A model generated the notes under the pieces. The model saw only the letters and a list, made by a program, of their open reading frames with translations, was not told the DNA's origin and searched no databases. Both the position numbers and the translations under genes were made by a program. Shown here one piece after another: positions 57,853 through 64,000 of a stretch of 64,000 nt of DNA (the first letter of the stretch is position 1; each line of letters begins with the position of its first letter). The stretch is from Mucilaginibacter sp. (lineage in GTDB: Bacteria > Bacteroidota > Bacteroidia > Sphingobacteriales > Sphingobacteriaceae), in contig OZ255719.1 of NCBI GenBank assembly GCA_965277245.1, forward strand, positions 2,894,076 to 2,958,075. Direction: 5' to 3'.

Positions 57853-59922
57853 TTGGAAGATCAAAAATATAAAAGATATACCATCACCGCCGCTTTGCCC
57901 TATGCAAACGGGCCAAAGCATATAGGGCACCTTGCCGGCGCATACATCCCCGCAGATCTTTATGCCCGCTATTTGCGCCTCAAAAAGCGCGATGTAGTTT
58001 TTGTTTGCGGCTCTGATGAGCATGGCACTGCCATTGCCAATCAGGCCATGAAAGAGGGGACTACGCCGCAAGCCATTATAGATAAATACCACGAGCTGAT
58101 CAAATACTGCTTTGAAAAGCTTAATATATCATTTGATATTTATCACCGCACCAGTTCGCAATTGCACCATGAAACCGCACAGGAGTTTTTTACTGACCTC
58201 TACAAAAAAGGCGATTTTATTGAAAAGGTAACTGAACAGTATTTCGACGAAGAAGCTAACACTTTTCTGGCCGACAGGTACATTATAGGCACCTGCCCAA
58301 ACTGCGGCAATGAGCATGCGTATGGCGATCAGTGTGAACGCTGCGGCACATCACTCAGCCCCGAAGAGTTGATTAATCCACATTCTGCCTTAAGCGGGAA
58401 TATACCAATTTTAAAGCCAACCAAGCATTGGTATTTGCCGTTGAACGAGTATGAGGATTGGTTGAAGGAGTGGATACTAAAAGACCATACCGACTGGAAG
58501 ACGAATGTTTATGGCCAATGCAAAAGCTGGATAGATGGCGGCTTACACCCCCGTGCAGTAACCCGCGACCTGGATTGGGGGATAAAGGTACCTGTTGCGG
58601 GCGCCGATGGTAAGGTGCTATATGTTTGGTTTGACGCGCCAATTGGTTACATCTCGGCCACCAAACAATGGGCAATTAACAATAACAAAAACTGGGAACC
58701 CTATTGGAAAGATATGGACACAAAGCTTGTGCACTTTATTGGTAAGGATAATATTGTTTTCCATTGTATCGTATTCCCTGTAATGCTAAAGGCGCAAGGC
58801 GAATTTATTTTGCCTGAAAACGTACCTGCCAACGAGTTTATGAACCTGGAGGGCGACAAAATGTCGACCAGCCGTGGGTGGAGCGTTGAAATGCACGAGT
58901 ATATAGCCGATTTCCCGGGAAAGATAGACGAGCTGCGTTATTACCTTACAGCCATAGCGCCCGAAACAAGCGACAGTGAGTTTACATGGAAAGATTACCA
59001 GGCACGCGTAAATAACGAATTGGTTGCCATATTGGGTAACTTCGTAAACCGGGTGATGGTACTGATGCACAAGTACTTTGACGGACGAATCATAATCCCT
59101 TCGGGTACCTTAAACTTTACCGATGAATTGTTAGATGAAAACATTGGACAACTTTATAATGAATTGGAAACCAGCTTTGAAGCCTATAAATTTCGGCAGG
59201 CGCAGCAAACTGTAATGGAAATTGCGCGCCTGGGTAACCGTTATTTAACCGAACAAGAACCCTGGAAAACATTTAAGACCGATCCCGGAGCAGCGCGAAA
59301 CACCCTTCACAATTGTTTATTAATGATTGGCCATCTCACAACCTGCTTACAACCATTTTTGCCCGCAACTGCAAATAAATTAATTTACATGCTTAATTTA
59401 CCTGCCGGCCCAATAACTTTTGATCAGGAAATTATATTTGCCGACGGGCATCAATTAAATCCTGCATCTTTACTTTTCGAAAAGATAGAAGACGAAGTGA
59501 TTCTGATCCAGATAGAAAAATTACAAGCTAAAGCCAATGCGCTGGCTAATCCCAAAATTGAAGTGGAAGACACAAACGTTATACAACCTTTAAAAGACAA
59601 CATTACCTACGATCAGTTTGCAGCGATGGACATTCGCGTGGGTACAATACTCGCTGCCGAAAAGGTTGCCAAGACTAAAAAGCTGATGAAGTTGACCATT
59701 GACACCGGTATTGATACACGCACGGTGGTTAGCGGCATTGCTGAGCATTTTGAACCCGAAGCCATCATTGGAAAGCAGGTGAGTGTACTGGTAAACCTGG
59801 AGCCGCGCGAGTTAAAAGGAACCCTTTCGCAAGGGATGATCCTGATGGCTGAGAATGCCGAAGGTAAGCTTGACTTTGTTGCGCCCGTAAATACAATGGG
59901 CGAAGGATCGATAATTCGGTAA
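57853..59922 (+). CDS. metG: methionine--tRNA ligase with C-terminal tRNA-binding domain
   Basis: TTG start; 'PYANGPKHIGH', Zn knuckle CPNC..CERC, 'KMSTS', Trbp111-like C-terminus. Confidence 0.98.
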   Translation: MEDQKYKRYTITAALPYANGPKHIGHLAGAYIPADLYARYLRLKKRDVVFVCGSDEHGTAIANQAMKEGTTPQAIIDKYHELIKYCFEKLNISFDIYHRTSSQLHHETAQEFFTDLYKKGDFIEKVTEQYFDEEANTFLADRYIIGTCPNCGNEHAYGDQCERCGTSLSPEELINPHSALSGNIPILKPTKHWYLPLNEYEDWLKEWILKDHTDWKTNVYGQCKSWIDGGLHPRAVTRDLDWGIKVPVAGADGKVLYVWFDAPIGYISATKQWAINNNKNWEPYWKDMDTKLVHFIGKDNIVFHCIVFPVMLKAQGEFILPENVPANEFMNLEGDKMSTSRGWSVEMHEYIADFPGKIDELRYYLTAIAPETSDSEFTWKDYQARVNNELVAILGNFVNRVMVLMHKYFDGRIIIPSGTLNFTDELLDENIGQLYNELETSFEAYKFRQAQQTVMEIARLGNRYLTEQEPWKTFKTDPGAARNTLHNCLLMIGHLTTCLQPFLPATANKLIYMLNLPAGPITFDQEIIFADGHQLNPASLLFEKIEDEVILIQIEKLQAKANALANPKIEVEDTNVIQPLKDNITYDQFAAMDIRVGTILAAEKVAKTKKLMKLTIDTGIDTRTVVSGIAEHFEPEAIIGKQVSVLVNLEPRELKGTLSQGMILMAENAEGKLDFVAPVNTMGEGSIIR

Positions 59923-59943
59923 TGGGCATATTGGCACATTTAC

Positions 59944-59951
59944 TATATTTG
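59944..59951 (+). promoter_or_regulatory. -7 promoter element for tRNA-Arg
   Basis: TATATTTG, 12 nt upstream of the tRNA. Confidence 0.65.
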
Positions 59952-59963
59952 CAAACTTAACAA

Positions 59964-60035
59964 GGTCCCGTAGTTCAACGGATAGAATAGGAGTTTCCTA
60001 AACTCTAGATATGAGTTCGATTCTCGTCGGGACCA
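59964..60035 (+). tRNA. tRNA-Arg(CCT)
   Basis: GGTCCCG/CGGGACC acceptor stem, GGAGT-TTCCTAA-ACTCT anticodon arm, ATGAG-TTCGATT-CTCGT T-arm. Confidence 0.96.
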
Positions 60036-60242
60036 CAAAGCAGGAAGAAATTAATGATTTTTCTTCCTGCTACCTTACTATCTCCGGGAAATTCGATCCT
60101 CGTTTTTCCAGGCTGCTTAAAAAACGTTTCAGAACCTATTCTACATCATAGCGTAAAAAGATAATTATAACATAATAGATATAGTTAAAACAACTACATT
60201 TATGCGTTTAAACATTCATTTAACAATCCTTAAATTAAAATC

Positions 60243-60818
60243 ATGAAAAAAACAGTTATTGTTATGGCTCTTGCCTTATTTAATATTACGGCATTTGCGC
60301 AAACTACATGGACGAACGACAAAATGCACTCCAAACTTGGGTTTACAATTACCCACCTAATGGTATCTGATGTGGATGGCATATTTAAAGATTTCACTTG
60401 CACCATTACCGCAAGTAAGCCAGATTTCAGTGATGCTAAATTTCAACTAACTATAAATACAGCTTCAATAAATACAGATGTTGAATATCGGGATAACGAT
60501 CTGAAGGGAGGCAGCTACTTTGATGTTGCCAAATATCCTACAATGGTATTTACCAGTAGCAGGATATCAACATTCGCTAAAAATCATTACAAATTAAGCG
60601 GCATGCTTACTTTACATGGTGTAACCAAGCCGGTTACTATGGACCTTATATACCGTGGTACAATCACAAACCCGATGAGTAAAAAAGACGACGCAGGTTT
60701 TAAATTGACCGGGGTTATTAAACGATCTGAGTTTAACTTTGCCCCACAAGCAGGTGCCGCTATGCTAAGCGACGAAGTTACCATTACAGGCAACGGCGAG
60801 TTTACCAAAGTTAACTAA
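60243..60818 (+). CDS. YceI family protein
   Basis: 'DKMHSKLGFTITHLMVS', 'SINT....RDNDLK....FDVAKYP', 'LTLHGVTK'. Confidence 0.93.
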   Translation: MKKTVIVMALALFNITAFAQTTWTNDKMHSKLGFTITHLMVSDVDGIFKDFTCTITASKPDFSDAKFQLTINTASINTDVEYRDNDLKGGSYFDVAKYPTMVFTSSRISTFAKNHYKLSGMLTLHGVTKPVTMDLIYRGTITNPMSKKDDAGFKLTGVIKRSEFNFAPQAGAAMLSDEVTITGNGEFTKVN

Positions 60819-60824
60819 AATGCA

Positions 60825-60863
60825 AACAGCCTATAAGCATAAACGCTAAGCTTATAGGCTGTT
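60825..60863. terminator. bidirectional terminator-like hairpin between convergent genes
   Basis: AACAGCCTATAAGC / GCTTATAGGCTGTT 14-bp inverted repeat. Confidence 0.75.
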
Positions 60864-60881
60864 AATTAAATAAATACAGAA

Positions 60882-61577
60882 TTATATATTCCTTACCTTA
60901 ATATTTCGGAAACTAACTTTATGATTATGGTCCTGAAGCGCGATCTTACCTTTTGGGTATTTTGCAAAGTTGGCCCAGGTCTTAAATTTGCTGTTGTTAA
61001 GGAGAGCTTGCCAGTCACTGCTCCCTATTTGTACATTAATTATTTCCTTGCCGTTGAGCCAGAATTTTAGGTGCCCGTCTTTTTTAGAAATTACAGCCGT
61101 GTTCCAATCGCCGGCGGGTTTAACGTTGGTTTCTGAGGGAGCCTTCATATCATAAAGCGAACCTGCAAGATGGGTCGCTTTTTTATTATCCTCGGCAAAT
61201 TTATCGTCGAGGATTTGCATTTCGATTCCCGAAAGATACGTTTGATGCAAGGTGGTATCTTCATGCACACCGAATATGATACCGCTGTTACCCTCCTGAG
61301 ATATTTTCCAGTCTAGCGAAAGTTCAAAATTTTCATATTCCTTATTGGTTACCAGATCGCCTTGGCCCGGTGCCTTTGGATCTAACACTAATTCGCCATT
61401 TACGGCCATCCAGGCATCTGTAGCGGTAGGCTGCAAATAGGTATGCCAGCCGGTGGTATTTGTTCCGTTAAATAAAGAAACCCAGCCTTCCTGCTTCTCT
61501 TTTTTAGTAAGTTGGTTTTGTGCCGAACAAGCGAATGCCATCATAAAGGCACAGGCAAACATAAAAAGTGTTTTCAT
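60882..61577 (-). CDS. DUF1080 (3-keto-disaccharide hydrolase-like) protein
   Basis: 'GWVSLFNG...GW', 'GNSGI', 'EMQILD', 'AGSLYD', 'IALQDH', 'FRNIKV'. Confidence 0.9.
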   Translation of the reverse strand: MKTLFMFACAFMMAFACSAQNQLTKKEKQEGWVSLFNGTNTTGWHTYLQPTATDAWMAVNGELVLDPKAPGQGDLVTNKEYENFELSLDWKISQEGNSGIIFGVHEDTTLHQTYLSGIEMQILDDKFAEDNKKATHLAGSLYDMKAPSETNVKPAGDWNTAVISKKDGHLKFWLNGKEIINVQIGSSDWQALLNNSKFKTWANFAKYPKGKIALQDHNHKVSFRNIKVRNI

Positions 61578-61648
61578 AATTATAGTATATTGAGTTGTAA
61601 GTTATTGAGTTATTTTAATATAACAAAAATGATATAAAATTATTGATT

Positions 61649-61996
61649 ATGGATTTCGAGACTACTCGTGTTATAGAAATTGTGCGCCAAACATTATTGC
61701 CTTTACCCGGTGCAAGAGAGGCGTTATGCTTTGGCATGGTTGCCTTTTATGCACAAAAAAAATTGCTCTGCACCATTAAAGACGATGGTGTAACTATGTA
61801 TATCTATCATCATGACCGCGATGAATTAATTTCTGTAGAACCCGATATTTATTTCACTACAGATCATTACAAAAACTCGCCGTCTGTACTGATCAGGCTG
61901 CCGCTTATAAAAGAAAAAAAACTAAGAGCGTTACTTATGAACGCGTGGCTGTTGCGCGCCAGTAAAACGCATTTAAAACAATTCGGGCTGATATAA
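61649..61996 (+). CDS. MmcQ/YjbR family protein
   Basis: 'LPGA.E..CFG..AF', 'YFTTDHY', 'L...AW..RA'. Confidence 0.75.
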   Translation: MDFETTRVIEIVRQTLLPLPGAREALCFGMVAFYAQKKLLCTIKDDGVTMYIYHHDRDELISVEPDIYFTTDHYKNSPSVLIRLPLIKEKKLRALLMNAWLLRASKTHLKQFGLI

Positions 61997-62026
61997 TTGT
62001 TACATTTACCCTACACAGCCCCTAAA

Positions 62027-62869
62027 ATGAAGATAGCCCACTTAGTACTTGCCCACAACCTACCCGAACAACTATTCCGACTTGCAAATAAACTTTACCA
62101 TCCCGACGCTGACATTTATGTTTATCTGGATGCAAAAGCCGATATTAACGACTATAAAGCAACTGTAAACTTAAAGAATGTGTATTTTTTAAAAAACAGG
62201 ATAAATATCTCCTGGTGCGATTACAGTACGGTTAAAGGTACCCTGTTTGCACTTGAAGAGATCCTTAAAACCGGGATAATTTACAGCCATATAAATTTTT
62301 TAAGCGGCCAGGATTATCCGCTAAAAAACGTTAATGAAATTCATCAGTTTTTGGCCGCCGGGCAGGGAAAATCGTTTATGCTGGCTCATGCTGTACAAAG
62401 TGAATGGACTGATGGTTTAGCACGCACCAAAAACTTTCATTTGGGCGATTATGATATTCCCGGTAAATATCGCTTACAGAGCCTCATTAATAGTCTTGGG
62501 ATAAAACGTAAGGTACCTGGTGGTTTAACGGTTTACGGCGGCTCGCAATGGTTTATGATCACACCAAAAGCAGCCGGTTATGTCATTCAGTTTTTAAAGG
62601 AAAATAAAAAACTGGTAAGGTACTTTCGCCTCACTTTTGCACCTGATGAAATCGTGTTTCCCACCATTCTTATGGCCTCGGTTTTTAAAGATGAAATCAT
62701 TAATAATAACTTCAGATTTATAGAAATGTCGCCCGAGAATTTCAGGCCGATAACATTAGACCTGTCAAAAAAAGAAGCCTTACTTAATTCGGGTATGCTG
62801 TACGCCCGTAAAATGGACCCTAAGCTCAGCTCAACGTTAATGTCGGCTTTAGACGAAACCACCGAATAG
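62027..62869 (+). CDS. core-2/I-branching beta-1,6-N-acetylglucosaminyltransferase-like (GT14)
   Basis: 'IAHLVLAH', 'FLSGQDYP', 'GGSQW', 'APDEIVFPT', 'ARK'. Confidence 0.88.
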   Translation: MKIAHLVLAHNLPEQLFRLANKLYHPDADIYVYLDAKADINDYKATVNLKNVYFLKNRINISWCDYSTVKGTLFALEEILKTGIIYSHINFLSGQDYPLKNVNEIHQFLAAGQGKSFMLAHAVQSEWTDGLARTKNFHLGDYDIPGKYRLQSLINSLGIKRKVPGGLTVYGGSQWFMITPKAAGYVIQFLKENKKLVRYFRLTFAPDEIVFPTILMASVFKDEIINNNFRFIEMSPENFRPITLDLSKKEALLNSGMLYARKMDPKLSSTLMSALDETTE

Positions 62870-62993
62870 TGGTTTTATAGCGTCGCATTTCCATTTTGCC
62901 TCTGCATACAAAAGTTATTACCTGCCTTTTGTAATGCCATAAAATTTATACCTTTATGAATCAGCGCCTTGTGCGCACCTAAATTATTACAGC

Positions 62994-63377
62994 ATGTTTA
63001 AAGATATTGAAGCATTCAGCGGTTTTGCAGTAAGTGATATTGAAAAGGCCAAATTGTTTTACGGCGAAACCTTAGGCTTAACTGTATCGCAGGATAAAGA
63101 TATGGGCGGCTTGTTAACCCTGCACATTTCCGGTGGTTCTAAAATACTGATTTATCCAAAGCCCGATCATAAACCCGCCAATTTTACCATTTTGAATTTC
63201 CCCATTGCCGACATTGAAAAGTCTGTAAAGGAGTTGAAAGCAAAAGGAGTAAAATTTGAAAGCTATAATACGCCTCATTTTAAAACCGACGACGACAACA
63301 TTTTTCGGGGTGGCGGTCCCTTAATTGCCTGGTTTACAGACCCGGCTGGTAATATAATTTCTGTTTTGCAGAAATGA
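62994..63377 (+). CDS. VOC/glyoxalase family protein
   Basis: '[17 protein letters not shown]', '[10 protein letters not shown]'. Confidence 0.9.
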   Translation: MFKDIEAFSGFAVSDIEKAKLFYGETLGLTVSQDKDMGGLLTLHISGGSKILIYPKPDHKPANFTILNFPIADIEKSVKELKAKGVKFESYNTPHFKTDDDNIFRGGGPLIAWFTDPAGNIISVLQK

Positions 63378-63410
63378 TCTAAAGAACCACTCACAATTAA
63401 ACCTAATAGT

Positions 63411-63818
63411 ATGGAAACCCAATTAAACCAAATCGTAAGTAAAAAAGACAGGATCATCTATTGGATCTTTACTTCCATTTTTGTTATTCTCGATTCGTTA
63501 TTACCTGCGTTAACATTTAATAGTCAGATGTCTAAAGACGGCATATCGCATCTGGGCTATCCGGATTATTTCAGAATAGAATTATCTGTCGGGAAAATTA
63601 TAGGCGGCTTATTACTTATTCTGCCAATGGTGCCGCCCCGTTTTAAAGAATGGGCATATGCCGGATTCGGGATATCTATCATCTCTGCGTTTATAAGCAA
63701 CCTGGCGGTTGACGGTAACAAGGGCGGCACGGCCTATTTCGCCATCGTTGGTATGGTGATTCTTGTTATTTCATATGTTTATTATCACAAGGTTTACAGG
63801 CCCTATAAATCCGAATAA
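63411..63818 (+). CDS. DoxX-like membrane protein
   Basis: 'HLGYPDYF', 'RFKEWAYAG'. Confidence 0.85.
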   Translation: METQLNQIVSKKDRIIYWIFTSIFVILDSLLPALTFNSQMSKDGISHLGYPDYFRIELSVGKIIGGLLLILPMVPPRFKEWAYAGFGISIISAFISNLAVDGNKGGTAYFAIVGMVILVISYVYYHKVYRPYKSE

Positions 63819-63820
63819 CC

Positions 63821-64000
63821 ATGACAATAATTTACATCCTATTAGGTATAATAGCCGGAATTGTAGTCCTGGTGCTCCTAATCGCACTTTTTTTAAAAAC
63901 CGATTATAATATTAACCGCACCATAATAATCAATAAGCCGGTGAGCGCAGTTTTTGACTATCTTAAATACCTCAAAAACCAGGACAACTATAGTAAATGG
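63821..64000 (+). CDS. SRPBCC family protein (5' part; runs off window)
   Basis: MTIIYILLGIIAGIVVLVLLIALFLKTDYNINRTIIINKPVSAVFDYLKYLKNQDNYSKW. Confidence 0.75.
   Translation, partial: MTIIYILLGIIAGIVVLVLLIALFLKTDYNINRTIIINKPVSAVFDYLKYLKNQDNYSKW

Noticed and set aside
60080-60112. TTCGATCCTCG as a possible att duplicate of the tRNA T-arm
   Set aside because: The match is too short and does not continue into the acceptor stem.
1-64000. Transposases, integrases, prophage genes, rRNA
   Set aside because: No ORF with DDE, tyrosine/serine recombinase or phage structural motifs, and no rRNA-like sequence, was recognised.

Overview
64-kb chromosomal window from a Bacteroidota genome. Sphingobacteriaceae (Mucilaginibacter-like) is inferred from gene content such as gldH, susC/susD and TAnnTTTG promoters. 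Most of it is housekeeping: holB (3' part), PSP1/ricT, gldH, rmuC, thiL, nadA/nadB, mnmG, an ABC-F ATPase, mlaEFD, ybeY, a DUF4175-type protein, a transglycosylase, mrp/nfu, def, hpt, mfd, a Nif3/zinc-ribbon pair, padR-pspC, an orphan susC/susD pair and metG. Two tRNAs are present, Gly-CCC and Arg-CCT. Non-coding highlights: (i) a tandem pair of about 80-nt structured small-RNA-like units at 27.1-27.36 kb, with an identical 19-nt single-stranded core and covarying hairpins; (ii) two perfect parS palindromes at the mnmG start; (iii) an AT-rich nadA/nadB intergenic region with DnaA-box-like motifs, a candidate oriC. Decayed accessory DNA absent from the ORF track includes a frameshifted PemK/MazF-type toxin-antitoxin pair, an IPT/TIG lipoprotein pseudogene and two genes interrupted by a single in-frame TAG. 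No CRISPR array, integrase or transposase was seen. Family assignments come from motif recognition by eye, not database searches.
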